The notes beneath the pieces were generated by a model, which saw only the letters and a list, made by a program, of their open reading frames with translations, did not search any database and was not told the DNA's origin. 64,000 nucleotides of DNA from a virus (lineage: Duplodnaviria > Caudoviricetes), in the IMG/VR virus record IMGVR_UViG_3300026442_000101. One strand, written 5' to 3'. Positions 49,301 to 59,333 of this stretch are shown piece by piece (within the stretch, counting starts at the first letter, position 1; each line of letters begins with the position of its first letter). Made by a program: the position numbers and the translations under genes.

Positions 49301-50395
49301 GGACTCCAGGGTGGCTTTGCCTTCTTCGCTCACCTTGGCCTTACGTTTACGGTTGCCGGTGCTCGAAAGGTTCTGGCTCCATGAACGCATGATAGTCATG
49401 GTGACCTCGTCGTTGAACTTCACGCGATACTTCACGCCGGTAGGGGTCGTGTGGATCACGGTAGCGCCGGGGTGGTTACGATCGAAGACGTAAGAACCGA
49501 TCATCTCCAGAGAGCCGTCCTGAATCAGGTCGATTTCCAGATGACCGTTGTCGTAACGCTCGATGACTTCACCGACGAAGGACTTGCCCTGGAACGCTAC
49601 GTCCACGACCGCCAGAGCTTGGTGTACAGGACCCGGAACGTTGAGGATCTTGATACGCTTGTTGAGATCCTTAGCAGCGGTAACGCGCTGTGCTTGACGA
49701 ACCAGGTACATCAGGATGTCGAAGCTCAGGTGATGAACAGACGCGTAGGCAACCAGGTATTCGGTAAGCTCCTCGTTGATGTCGTTGGAGCGGCAGACGT
49801 CCTTCACGATTTCGCTGGTCAGATCACCGTAGTCGATACGGAACATGAAGCGCCCAGGCCGATCGATCATGTATTCGTTGAGCTCCTTGTCTTCGTTGGC
49901 AGTGACCACGAACATGACGTTCTTGAGGTCAGAGTCAGAGAAGAGGGTCAGCATCGAATCTTTGGCAGACTTGCCATAGATCTTGCCGTACTCATCGAAG
50001 TAGACCATGCACGAGCCGATCAGGCCGATGACCGCTTTGAGCAGACCAGGCGGCAGCTCGTTGTTGATCAGCAGGACAGGCATCTCGAGATCGAGACACT
50101 TGTTACCCAGGTGTTCAGCCAGCAGGGATTTGCCAGAACCCTTCAGACCTTTGAGCAACACGCCGGTAGAGCACTGACGTTCTTCAAAGGCTTCCATGAT
50201 TGCCGACAGGTTATCCTGGTGATCACCGTAGATCTTGCTCGGCAGGCTGAAGCGCTTACGGTCACGGACGAGATCCAGGCCATCTTCAGTGAGGTTGATG
50301 CGATAGACAGCTGGTGGAATCTTTTCCACCCGGCCGACTTCTGGAACGTTACGAGCCGATACGTGAGAACCGTGATCGAAGAATTGCAGACCCAT
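49295..50395 (-). CDS. AAA+ ATPase
   Basis: Walker A GLKGSGKS, Walker B MVYFDEYGK, sensor-1 VVTANE, arginine finger DRPGRF; AAGGA RBS. Confidence 0.88.
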   Translation of the reverse strand: MGLQFFDHGSHVSARNVPEVGRVEKIPPAVYRINLTEDGLDLVRDRKRFSLPSKIYGDHQDNLSAIMEAFEERQCSTGVLLKGLKGSGKSLLAEHLGNKCLDLEMPVLLINNELPPGLLKAVIGLIGSCMVYFDEYGKIYGKSAKDSMLTLFSDSDLKNVMFVVTANEDKELNEYMIDRPGRFMFRIDYGDLTSEIVKDVCRSNDINEELTEYLVAYASVHHLSFDILMYLVRQAQRVTAAKDLNKRIKILNVPGPVHQALAVVDVAFQGKSFVGEVIERYDNGHLEIDLIQDGSLEMIGSYVFDRNHPGATVIHTTPTGVKYRVKFNDEVTMTIMRSWSQNLSSTGNRKRKAKVSEEGKATLESE

Positions 50396-50443
50396 CTTAA
50401 TTTCCTTACTTAATGGTTGATGTTGCGGTTAGGATTCAAGCTT

Positions 50444-50462
50444 GTAATGTATCACTGAAAAT
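50444..50462 (-). promoter_or_regulatory. Candidate early (vRNAP-type) promoter for the accessory island
   Basis: TTTTCAGTGATACATTAC about 50 nt upstream of the AAA ATPase start; resembles the phiKZ early TATTAC core with an AT-rich upstream region. Confidence 0.45.
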
Positions 50463-50673
50463 GTTTTTACAGCATAAGCGCCCCTCCCCACCTCTAGTAA
50501 AGAGCACTAGAGATGTTCGTTCGTTCCACTCACTCACTTGTCTAATCGTCGACTTCATTCCTTCGATCCAAGATCTCAGTCATTACGTCTCCTCTAGAAT
50601 AAGGATGGGAGCTTTTAATGCAAAAGATCAAGAGCTTATCTAACTTTTTACATGCAGCATAAAGTGAGAGTCA

Positions 50674-50701
50674 GGTGGATGGGTCTTACGACCCATCCAC
50701 C
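50674..50701 (-). terminator. Terminator hairpin after the portal gene
   Basis: GGTGGATGGGTC-TTAC-GACCCATCCACC, a 12 bp stem with a GTAA GNRA loop on the - strand, followed by TTATGCTG. Confidence 0.72.
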
Positions 50702-50714
50702 CTCCTCTAGTTAC

Positions 50715-53546
50715 TTACAGACCTGGGAACGTCGGATCGTCGGCGGCGTCACCGCCTTCGTTACCTTCGGTACCACCAGTTTCGTCAGCAGGCTTAGGTT
50801 CTTCAACCTCTTCCTCTTCAGGCTCAACTGGCTGTTCAGTTTCTTCTACCGGAGGAGTTTCTTCCTCATTGGCGAGTTCCTCGTTGCCGAGTTCGTCTTC
50901 GGTATTCTCCTGATCACCCATGTCTGGGACAGGAGCTTCTGCATCGAAGTCAGGTTCAGCTTCCTCTTCAGGCTGACCAATTTCGTTCAGAGCATCCTTT
51001 GTCATCTGATCGGCTTTCAGAGCACGTTCCTGACGCTTACGGTTCTTGTAAGCATCCTGCGCCACGATTTCCATGTAGTCAGACAGACCTGCCAGAAGCG
51101 CGCTTACGTGAGTCTTCATCTCTTCGTTCAGATTCATCAGAGGACTTCCATCCTCAGTGTTGACGAAGATATCCAGATCACGGAACAGACCACGCTCTCG
51201 CATCCAACGACGCAGCTCATGACCCTTGAGGGACGCGATTACGGTTGGGATGGATTCGCGGATGGTGTCGTTCATGTAACCGTGGAAGTACTCTTCCTGC
51301 ACGTAAGCCGGCAAGATGGTATCGAGCACGTCGGAGTAGTTCTTGTACATCTCGATCTGCTTGGTCATGTTATCCGACTCAGGAGCCGGCAGCTTCACAG
51401 TCAAGGTATTCAGGAACTCTTCGAGGAACGCTTCCGGATCTTCCTTGAATTCATCAGGCAGATCTTTGGTGTTGTTCTCGATGATCTCCATCAGCTGTTC
51501 GACCAAAGGACCGCTGTTGTACGTGAAGATACGCACGTAGTCAGTGATCATCGGGTTGGCCAGGTTCTGGAGCACCATGACGCGCTTGAGGAGCATCAGG
51601 CTGTTGCGCACGATGGTAGTCGCGAACTCAGGCTGGTTAGCGCCGTCGATCATCTCAGGCGTCAGGCTGAAGACACGCACCAAGTCAGAACGCAGACTTT
51701 CCAGCAGATCGGTATCCACGGGGTTGTACGAACTTTCCCGTGGCGTGATAGAGGTCTTCACCTCAGGATAACGAGGGTTACCCGACACGTTCACCGATAG
51801 CGCAGACATCTGCAGCTGTTCAGCCAAGCCCTGAATGCTGACGATACCAGTAGGGAACTGGTGATACGCCAGAGCCATCGCTTCGTTAGCCAGGAAGCTC
51901 ACTGTACCGACAGGATCGCCATCGTCCTCAGGGAGTTCGATGTTGATGTCCTTACCAGGAATGGCGTTCTTGGTAGCGCCGATGATGGAAGCTACGAGCA
52001 GGTTGGCGCGCATTGCTGCGAGCGACTTGGCATCTTCCAGGATGGATTTACCAATACCGTACTCGTTATAGTCGAAGGCCATGTAGACCATCAGCTCAGC
52101 AGGCACGTAAAGCATGGTGGTCTGCTGGTTCTTCATCGAACGCGAGAAGAGCAGGCGGTCAACGTGCTCGCTCTTGCTGATCTCCACATCGCCGCCTTGC
52201 AGGCCGGTCTTGATGCGGGCAATGATGTCGTGGTCGATGAACTCACCGTGCAGCTGGACCAGACGATCGATCAACTGGTTCGACGCATTTTGAATGCCGC
52301 CGTTCAGCGTTTCGTTCGCCATGTTCAGCAGTTCACCAGACACCTGGCTAGCCGAACCTACCTGACTATCGCCACCCACTGTCCCACGACGAATATCTTC
52401 GTAGAAATTCAAGCGACGGCTAAATGATAGCGGGAATCCATTTGCGTCGAGGATGATAATGTAGCCGATGTGGTTCGTCTCATCGCCTGGCACGCAGACC
52501 GGCATTACGGCCTCGATCGGGAGATGGTAAACCAGCGGATGACCTACGGTATCAGCGCCTGCTTGCTTGAGGGTCGGTACGACTTCCAGGCGGCTGCGTT
52601 TGACGCCCTGAGGAGCTCTGAAGAAACGGGAATAGATGTTGGAGGTATCGACCTCACCTTTCTTCCCGCCAGACTTCTTGTCGAGGACCGTATCGCCCTT
52701 GTCAGCCATCTCCTGACGTTCACGCGTTTGACGCTGCTTACGCCGAGACTCAAGCGAAGATTCGCCGTAGGCTGCACGCATCAGACGGGCACGCTTCTGT
52801 TCCTGCACCGCAGGCATACGCAGCGCAGCCAGGTTGTCAGTAACCTTGAACGGCAGAGTGACGGACTTCTGACCCTTCGACGCTTTGATGGTATGATAGT
52901 CCGCCATCTTGTCGCGGGTAATCGCCCTTCTGGAGGACTCCAGGCTGGCGTATGCGCCGTTTTTGGCAGTGGGGATGCGCAGGCCCAAGACACCCTTAGG
53001 TTTGAACCAATCGCCTTCCCATTCGCCACCGTAGCTCGCCACCGATTCCATCGAAGCATTGGAGTCAGTACCATTGATCATACGGTCGATGGACGCTTCA
53101 GGCAAGATCATGATAGCGTGTGCGCCGGACCAGACGAGCGCGTTGTCAATCCAATCGGGCACCTTCTTGTCGAGGTTCTGTTCTTCGACGTGGAACTTAT
53201 ACAGACCATCGACGAGCTGTGAGGTAAGCGCCGTGTCCGGCCCCGGCATGCCGTTGGCCATCACAAGCGACGTCGAAGAGAGGTCACCAGGCGCGACGAC
53301 CGCACTGACCAGGATGTCCTTGGCAAGCTTAAGGTCTGGCTGAATCTGGAAGATGTTGCGGATGTCAGTGGCGTCACGCAGAGTGCGACGTACCACACTG
53401 GCAATCGCAGTCATGTCGACGTTTTTCAGCTTACCATTACTGGGATCCGTTCTGTCGGTCACCAGTCGTCCAAGCAGGCGTTCGTCAGCCTCACTCAGAT
53501 TCCTGAACTGCGCAATCTTTTGCTGTGCGCGGTCATCGTTATCCAT
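50715..53546 (-). CDS. Portal protein (phiKZ gp129-like)
   Basis: 943 aa: IFQIQPDLKLAKDILVSAVVAP, MAFDYNEYGIGKSILED, acidic disordered C-tail; divergent from the gp128-like gene as in phiKZ. Confidence 0.8.
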   Translation of the reverse strand: MDNDDRAQQKIAQFRNLSEADERLLGRLVTDRTDPSNGKLKNVDMTAIASVVRRTLRDATDIRNIFQIQPDLKLAKDILVSAVVAPGDLSSTSLVMANGMPGPDTALTSQLVDGLYKFHVEEQNLDKKVPDWIDNALVWSGAHAIMILPEASIDRMINGTDSNASMESVASYGGEWEGDWFKPKGVLGLRIPTAKNGAYASLESSRRAITRDKMADYHTIKASKGQKSVTLPFKVTDNLAALRMPAVQEQKRARLMRAAYGESSLESRRKQRQTRERQEMADKGDTVLDKKSGGKKGEVDTSNIYSRFFRAPQGVKRSRLEVVPTLKQAGADTVGHPLVYHLPIEAVMPVCVPGDETNHIGYIIILDANGFPLSFSRRLNFYEDIRRGTVGGDSQVGSASQVSGELLNMANETLNGGIQNASNQLIDRLVQLHGEFIDHDIIARIKTGLQGGDVEISKSEHVDRLLFSRSMKNQQTTMLYVPAELMVYMAFDYNEYGIGKSILEDAKSLAAMRANLLVASIIGATKNAIPGKDINIELPEDDGDPVGTVSFLANEAMALAYHQFPTGIVSIQGLAEQLQMSALSVNVSGNPRYPEVKTSITPRESSYNPVDTDLLESLRSDLVRVFSLTPEMIDGANQPEFATTIVRNSLMLLKRVMVLQNLANPMITDYVRIFTYNSGPLVEQLMEIIENNTKDLPDEFKEDPEAFLEEFLNTLTVKLPAPESDNMTKQIEMYKNYSDVLDTILPAYVQEEYFHGYMNDTIRESIPTVIASLKGHELRRWMRERGLFRDLDIFVNTEDGSPLMNLNEEMKTHVSALLAGLSDYMEIVAQDAYKNRKRQERALKADQMTKDALNEIGQPEEEAEPDFDAEAPVPDMGDQENTEDELGNEELANEEETPPVEETEQPVEPEEEEVEEPKPADETGGTEGNEGGDAADDPTFPGL

Positions 53547-53578
53547 CTACTCCTCTCCTTAAAGATCGGGGTCAAGTC

Positions 53579-55807
53579 ATGAATGCCTACTACAGGCTTT
53601 ACATCAAAGCGGTTCTAAAGCTTGCTGCGACACTCGTGATCAAGAGTAGCTACACAGCGCGGGCAATGAACGACTATCTAAAGTCGCTCGGCTACACCGT
53701 CGATCCTGACGACCCCTACAGCTGGAAGTACTACTTAAACCTCGCCGGGGAATATCACGAAAGCAACACAATGATGAAGGTCACCTCTCTGGATACCCAG
53801 GAGGAGATTGAATTCACCAAAGCTAACTTGCGCCTTCACCGGGCAACGGCAAAGGAATACACGTACGGCAATCGGTACTATCGCGACCTGGTCGCGGCGA
53901 ATCCAGATCAACAGTTGTTGATTAACGGGATCATCAACCCTGTCGATATCGAAATTTCGATATCAGCGAGTGACCATAATATCCTGTCCTACGACAGCAA
54001 GCTTGTGGAGCCCGCAGAACAGCAGCTGATCCCTGATCTGCAATGGTACATTACCAAGTATTTCGAACGTTACGACAACTCGGATTACGCGCTGTTTGAG
54101 CCGTATTACTACCCAGGTCTGCTCGGCGTCCTATATAGCAAACTGCCGACCGTCATCCTGATGAGTCGTAAGCGTGCGTGTAAGACCGATCGGGCCCACA
54201 GCTACCACATCCGTCAGTACCTGAACAGCTTCCATGCTGAGGTGGGTGCTGAGTTCGATTTCATGAGCCAGAAGCAGAAGTTGGCTCTGTATCGGAACAT
54301 CCTCTACCTCAACAGGAACATCGGACGCAAAGAGACGTTCGAATGGTTGACGCAGCGGATCTTGACGGATCGTGGTTTCTCTCTGGCGACGTACGACTTC
54401 GTACACTCCACGGAGAACATGCCGAAGAACCTCGTCCCTGACATCATCATGGACCGCTACCCGCTGAACGGCATTGCGCCTGCGTCAGGTAGCGACCGTA
54501 AGTCGGTGGGTGAGCTTCTGGATCTAGAGCTGCCGCTTGCTCGTGACAACATGGTTGCTCGAGACGATACCGAGATCGAAGCCACTGCTATCATGCAGAA
54601 GTCCCTCTGGGGCAAGCTTCCGACCAAGGTGCTCGAGTCCAACGTCATCGACCGCAGCGATGCTGAGCCGTTCACGCTGACCGAAGTATTGCTCAACCAC
54701 TGGATCTACCTGTCGCACTACGACCGGTTCAAGTCCGTGGTCCCGATCGTCAACCCTGCTAACGGCGACATCTTCAGGTTGTCGGTGAAGAACGCCTTCA
54801 TCTTCTATCTGTACGCCTATAACAAGGCGAACGATGTAACCATGACCAAGGTCCCGGTCATTGCAGCGAAACGCGTACGACGCATCCCAATGCCTACCAA
54901 GGCTGAGTTGCGTAACTTAGCTCCGCGCAGCCTCGTCCCTGATTACTACATCGACTACATTCTGGACACCCAGGTGGAAATCGGCACGTACATCAGTATC
55001 GAAGCGTTCCGCGAGATGTGCGTGCGTGTACAAAAGGTCATGATCGGCCACCGTGCCATGCGTCACTATAATGGTGACTACAAGGCAGAAGGTGCGCTGC
55101 ACACGATCATCGATCGCTGCTACATGGATATCCGGATCGACCTGGCTGATCAGATGGATTACGAGGTGTGGTTGAAGGACGTCGGCATCGACACTTCTTC
55201 CATGGGTCGTTTGGAATACGGCTTGATGGCGGCAGCTATCCTGAAGTCAGCCACTGGCGCTGACCTCGGTGACACTACCACCATGCGTCAAGTCCACGCC
55301 TCCATGCTCAGGATCATGAGAGCGCTGTCATCCTACTCCGTGCAGTACATCGCACAGATCAACGACAGTCCAATCAAGATCATCGACGGTAAGTTCCCGA
55401 AGCTCTCGATTCCTAAAGAGCATACGACGACTCACCTCGATATCGAGCTGGACATCCCGACCGTCCTCGAACAGTCTGCGTACGAGAAAGAGACGATCGA
55501 CATCCCTGTCCCGCCTACGTACGTAAGCGTCACTGCCAAAGCGCAGAACGCCACCATGCGTGTGCCTACGGACATCTGGACTCGGATCATCGGAGTGGGC
55601 GATCACCATGCGCCTATTCCATTGCAGACTCCGGCCATCAGCCTAAGGCAGCCAGCGGTAACCGACTTGAGTGAATTCACTCAGAGCGGCATTGCCGGTT
55701 ATCTACCAATCCCTGAGCGCGCCCTTACCGATCTCATCACTGCCGCCCGTCTCGACGGTTACGACAAGATGACAGATGCTAGACGTAAGGCGTTCCTCGG
55801 CATTTGA
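53579..55807 (+). CDS. Virion structural/baseplate protein (phiKZ gp128-like)
   Basis: About 742 aa from ATG 53579; WKYYLNLAGEYH...M.VTSLDT..I.F, recalled from this family. Confidence 0.75.
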   Translation: MNAYYRLYIKAVLKLAATLVIKSSYTARAMNDYLKSLGYTVDPDDPYSWKYYLNLAGEYHESNTMMKVTSLDTQEEIEFTKANLRLHRATAKEYTYGNRYYRDLVAANPDQQLLINGIINPVDIEISISASDHNILSYDSKLVEPAEQQLIPDLQWYITKYFERYDNSDYALFEPYYYPGLLGVLYSKLPTVILMSRKRACKTDRAHSYHIRQYLNSFHAEVGAEFDFMSQKQKLALYRNILYLNRNIGRKETFEWLTQRILTDRGFSLATYDFVHSTENMPKNLVPDIIMDRYPLNGIAPASGSDRKSVGELLDLELPLARDNMVARDDTEIEATAIMQKSLWGKLPTKVLESNVIDRSDAEPFTLTEVLLNHWIYLSHYDRFKSVVPIVNPANGDIFRLSVKNAFIFYLYAYNKANDVTMTKVPVIAAKRVRRIPMPTKAELRNLAPRSLVPDYYIDYILDTQVEIGTYISIEAFREMCVRVQKVMIGHRAMRHYNGDYKAEGALHTIIDRCYMDIRIDLADQMDYEVWLKDVGIDTSSMGRLEYGLMAAAILKSATGADLGDTTTMRQVHASMLRIMRALSSYSVQYIAQINDSPIKIIDGKFPKLSIPKEHTTTHLDIELDIPTVLEQSAYEKETIDIPVPPTYVSVTAKAQNATMRVPTDIWTRIIGVGDHHAPIPLQTPAISLRQPAVTDLSEFTQSGIAGYLPIPERALTDLITAARLDGYDKMTDARRKAFLGI

Positions 55808-55816
55808 GGATGCGTA

Positions 55817-56770
55817 ATGATCGCACCAGAATCGCTCCTCAGGATGCATCCGCTGGATGCCTTGAGGGCACAAATCGGGGAGCGCCTCAAGGCTCCCCTG
55901 CAAGCTAGCTACCTGAAGATCGATCCACCTAAAACGGTGAGTGGCGTCAAGACTTCCGTCCAAGTGTCCATCGACAAGAGTAAGGCTCCGATAGACCTGT
56001 GGGATCGAGTGGGCACGTTCCACTTCGAGTACGACAGGATTGATCTCACCGCCTTTACCTCCGGTCTGAACAAGACTGTCAGGTCGTCTCTACCGGTAAC
56101 TCCCCAGGCGTTGCTTAGCAAGCTCTTCTATCTTTACGGGATTCCGATCATTGATAGTGACCTCGTTGATGCACGGTACACCACGCTTGGGTCAGCAGAT
56201 GTAATCGCCGCTGATGAATCCTACCGTTGGGTGGGTGACACTCAGCTGACGATCGCCATGCTGGGCATTGAAATCCTTGGCCTGATCATGGTCAATACCT
56301 TCACGTTCTCGTTCACCGCCGATTGGCGTTCAGCAGATGTGAAGAACCGGATCACCACTCACCTAAACCTTGGCAACTCTGCTTCGCTACCGACGGCTGT
56401 GGTGGCTTCGATGTTCACGCTGGGTACGCCAGTAGTGAATGGTCCGGAAAGCGCTGGTAACAACACCAAGATCAAGCTTACCTTCAATGGCAGTCCGTAC
56501 GAAGGTTCTGTGGACGTCGTCTACGGTCGTCGCTCCTTCCCGGACACGTTCCGCTGGCCTGTGAAGATTACCAATCCGGTGATCGACACCTCGGCCTTGG
56601 CCCCAACGCTTTCGACGAAACTCGGTTGCCTGATCACGTCCGGTGATTTGAAGGCAGAACCTATCCCGGCAGTTTCGGTAGGACAGAAGGTTTCGTTCCC
56701 TGTCCACTTCAAAGAGACGTCTCTGGCATACGTGGGTTCGATCCTCATCGAATACACCCGGACGGCTTAA
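55817..56770 (+). CDS. Virion structural protein with two copies of a repeated domain
   Basis: 317 aa; repeats GTFHFEYDRIDL...SYRWVG and GSVDVVYGRRSF...SLAYVG. Confidence 0.7.
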   Translation: MIAPESLLRMHPLDALRAQIGERLKAPLQASYLKIDPPKTVSGVKTSVQVSIDKSKAPIDLWDRVGTFHFEYDRIDLTAFTSGLNKTVRSSLPVTPQALLSKLFYLYGIPIIDSDLVDARYTTLGSADVIAADESYRWVGDTQLTIAMLGIEILGLIMVNTFTFSFTADWRSADVKNRITTHLNLGNSASLPTAVVASMFTLGTPVVNGPESAGNNTKIKLTFNGSPYEGSVDVVYGRRSFPDTFRWPVKITNPVIDTSALAPTLSTKLGCLITSGDLKAEPIPAVSVGQKVSFPVHFKETSLAYVGSILIEYTRTA

Positions 56771-56777
56771 GTCATAG

Positions 56778-57302
56778 ATGGAAACCACCATGTCTGAAAC
56801 GCTACGGTTATTGAAGTTCGATCCGGCCGTGGCATTGCTGATCATGGCCAACAATCAACTCAACACTAACCTGATGCCTCAGTACGCTGAGGTTAGTGCG
56901 CCCACTGCGCTTGACGAGCTTCTAACCAGCGTGGTGATCACCACGCATCCGTCTAATGACGATGGGATCTATCGCCGCCATACTGGCAGCATTACCTATC
57001 GTTATAATCGGATCCATGTGGCCGACATCTTCGGTACCATGCGGTTGGATCTGACGCCCCCGACTACGGTCGGCGGTGTGATGAAAAACCTCGCGAACGC
57101 TTCTGGTCTCGTTATCACCGATGATGACTTTGAGAACGGGTTGGTCACCGACAACTCATTCATACTGAAGGCTAAGCCTCAGTCACTGCGATGGGTTGGC
57201 GAGACGACAGTGATGCTGAACGACCCAGGTGAGGCAATCCAGCTTTCTGAAGCATTCCCAATCAACATTCTTGACGGCTTGTATCCACCAGTGTTTTCGT
57301 GA
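56778..57302 (+). CDS. Virion structural protein, paralog of the upstream repeat domain
   Basis: 174 aa; GSITYRYNRIHV...SLRWVG. Confidence 0.7.
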   Translation: METTMSETLRLLKFDPAVALLIMANNQLNTNLMPQYAEVSAPTALDELLTSVVITTHPSNDDGIYRRHTGSITYRYNRIHVADIFGTMRLDLTPPTTVGGVMKNLANASGLVITDDDFENGLVTDNSFILKAKPQSLRWVGETTVMLNDPGEAIQLSEAFPINILDGLYPPVFS

Positions 57303-57325
57303 GATATGGGTGAAGGGGCCATGAG

Positions 57326-58360
57326 ATGGTATCGTACAGCGATCCAAGACTATCTCGTTTCAAGAAGAAGTCGAAAGACCTCTTGATCGATTATATCAAC
57401 TTCAAGAACAACCGAGGTTTCCGGCCTGACCAGATCCTCTTCGGTGTTCCTGAGATGGTAGATGAGAACACCGGCTTGACGCACGTCGAGCTCCAGTTCA
57501 AAGAAGAGCTGGGCTGGAGTCGGGACAAGGCTATCCTTGCCTACAAGCGTCTGGACATCAACCAGCTGATGGGCAATAAGCCAATCGTCCTACATGTGGC
57601 TGAAGAGACCGATGAAGCCATCTACGCGGCTCTCTTAGAGCAGTACGGCTGGTTGCTTGAGCCTGAGCTGGCTGACCTTGAAATCTCCTCTAGGGGCTTC
57701 GAGAGCGCTGCTAGCAACACCAACCTTGGTGGGTTCGAAGTAGAAGACAACAGCGAAGGGGAAGAGGTGATAGTGCCGCCTTACTTGGAGAACAGGAATT
57801 ACATCCTGACCTTCAAGCCTGAGAACCTGATGTACTACGGTGAGGTGAAGATCTTCACTCGCAAGAGCATCGAACTGCTTGGAACCACTATCGACTCACT
57901 CCTCGATCTGCGTGAGTTCTACGCAGACGGTAACTACGATCGTCCATTCGTTGACTTGTTCGGCGACGCTGGTGCGTTCTACGTGACCGATGAGAAGACT
58001 GGCGATAAGACTCGCCGGGCATGGGAAAGCATGCTTTACGAACTGACCGTTGAACAAACCATCGACGTAGGGAGCGGCTTCCCTAAATTGATGCAGCTAC
58101 TCACCGGCGATGAGTGGGTGATCTCTTCCGAGAAGGTTCCGTTTAACCTGAATGACGTAAAGGTCGTTTACAACGGCTTCGTCAGCAAGGACTACAGCGT
58201 ACCCGATCCTGCTTACAACTATGTTGTAGCGCTCGAGCTGGGTCCTCTGTGTGAAAACCTGCAAGGTATCTTCAAGATCGGCTATCGCTTTAGCGACTCG
58301 AGGACCCCAGGTAATCTCCCGTACGACCGTGCGTCCGTTCATCCACTCTTCACTCGTTAA
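57326..58360 (+). CDS. Virion structural protein
   Basis: 344 aa; AILAYKRLDI...NLMYYG copy of the same domain plus a C-terminal FNL..VKVVYNG domain. Confidence 0.7.
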   Translation: MVSYSDPRLSRFKKKSKDLLIDYINFKNNRGFRPDQILFGVPEMVDENTGLTHVELQFKEELGWSRDKAILAYKRLDINQLMGNKPIVLHVAEETDEAIYAALLEQYGWLLEPELADLEISSRGFESAASNTNLGGFEVEDNSEGEEVIVPPYLENRNYILTFKPENLMYYGEVKIFTRKSIELLGTTIDSLLDLREFYADGNYDRPFVDLFGDAGAFYVTDEKTGDKTRRAWESMLYELTVEQTIDVGSGFPKLMQLLTGDEWVISSEKVPFNLNDVKVVYNGFVSKDYSVPDPAYNYVVALELGPLCENLQGIFKIGYRFSDSRTPGNLPYDRASVHPLFTR

Positions 58361-58369
58361 GGTACATCC

Positions 58370-59278
58370 ATGAATACGGTACAATCTACCGCCTACGGCC
58401 TCGAAGTAATGTTGCGCATGCTGTTCGGCCACCCGCCGGCCATGGATGCAAAGTCAACCATGAACGAGCGCCTCGACATCCTCGGCAACGCCCGCCCCAC
58501 TGCTACTGAAAAGATGCAGATGGGTATCCTCGTAGCCGGTAACAAAGGTCACGAAGTCACCATCGGTAACGGCGGTATCGGCCTGACGTCGATTCTGGAC
58601 CACATGGCTACCAACGCCTCGGTCTACAACCCAATGCCGTTCTGCATGCGTACCGTGGATGAAGACATCCCACTAGCCCAACGTGCCAAGTACGCGCTGC
58701 GCAAAGAAGTCACCGTCGGCGGTATCAACTACTACGCCTACTTCGGCCTGCGCCTGGCCATCGGCACCGATGATGTCCACATCGTCAAGAAGAAGATCAC
58801 TACCGAGGGCGATACTGTCATCGAAGAACCGTGGGCGCCTTCGACTTCGGACCTGTACCCAGATCCGATCCTGCTCCCGCAAACAGGCGCGGTTACCACC
58901 ACTGATGTGAAGATCCAGGTCTCCGCAATCACCACGGTGAAGCTCAACGCCAACGACATCGAAGAGTACATCAACGTCGCCAAGATCATGTACGGCGGCG
59001 ATGAGCGTTACGCGGTGCTCTCCGAGTTCGCGCTGTGCACCGGTGCTGACCGCACCGTCACCGTACAGTCGACCGCTGGTAACATCAACTTCGTTGAATC
59101 CATCGGCACCCAAGCGTTTGCGTACGCCGCAGACCACAAGGCTGTTTACTACAACTCGCAAGAACTGACGCTGGACTTCGATGTCGGCGCGCAAATCCCA
59201 CTCCTGGGCACTGCGTCTATCCCGACTCTCGAGACTATCGGCACCCTCGCCGCTAATCCGAACGAAGTCACGCCGTAA
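58370..59278 (+). CDS. Virion structural protein
   Basis: 302 aa with strong codon bias, in the structural operon. Confidence 0.7.
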   Translation: MNTVQSTAYGLEVMLRMLFGHPPAMDAKSTMNERLDILGNARPTATEKMQMGILVAGNKGHEVTIGNGGIGLTSILDHMATNASVYNPMPFCMRTVDEDIPLAQRAKYALRKEVTVGGINYYAYFGLRLAIGTDDVHIVKKKITTEGDTVIEEPWAPSTSDLYPDPILLPQTGAVTTTDVKIQVSAITTVKLNANDIEEYINVAKIMYGGDERYAVLSEFALCTGADRTVTVQSTAGNINFVESIGTQAFAYAADHKAVYYNSQELTLDFDVGAQIPLLGTASIPTLETIGTLAANPNEVTP

Positions 59279-59333
59279 GCTTGCCTGATATAAGGAGAGC
59301 GGTGTAACCTAATAGTTGCACCGCGACGCCGTT

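Noticed and set aside
50715-51000. Purine-rich low-complexity stretch at the end of the portal gene
   Set aside because: It encodes an acidic disordered tail, which is common in portals of this group.
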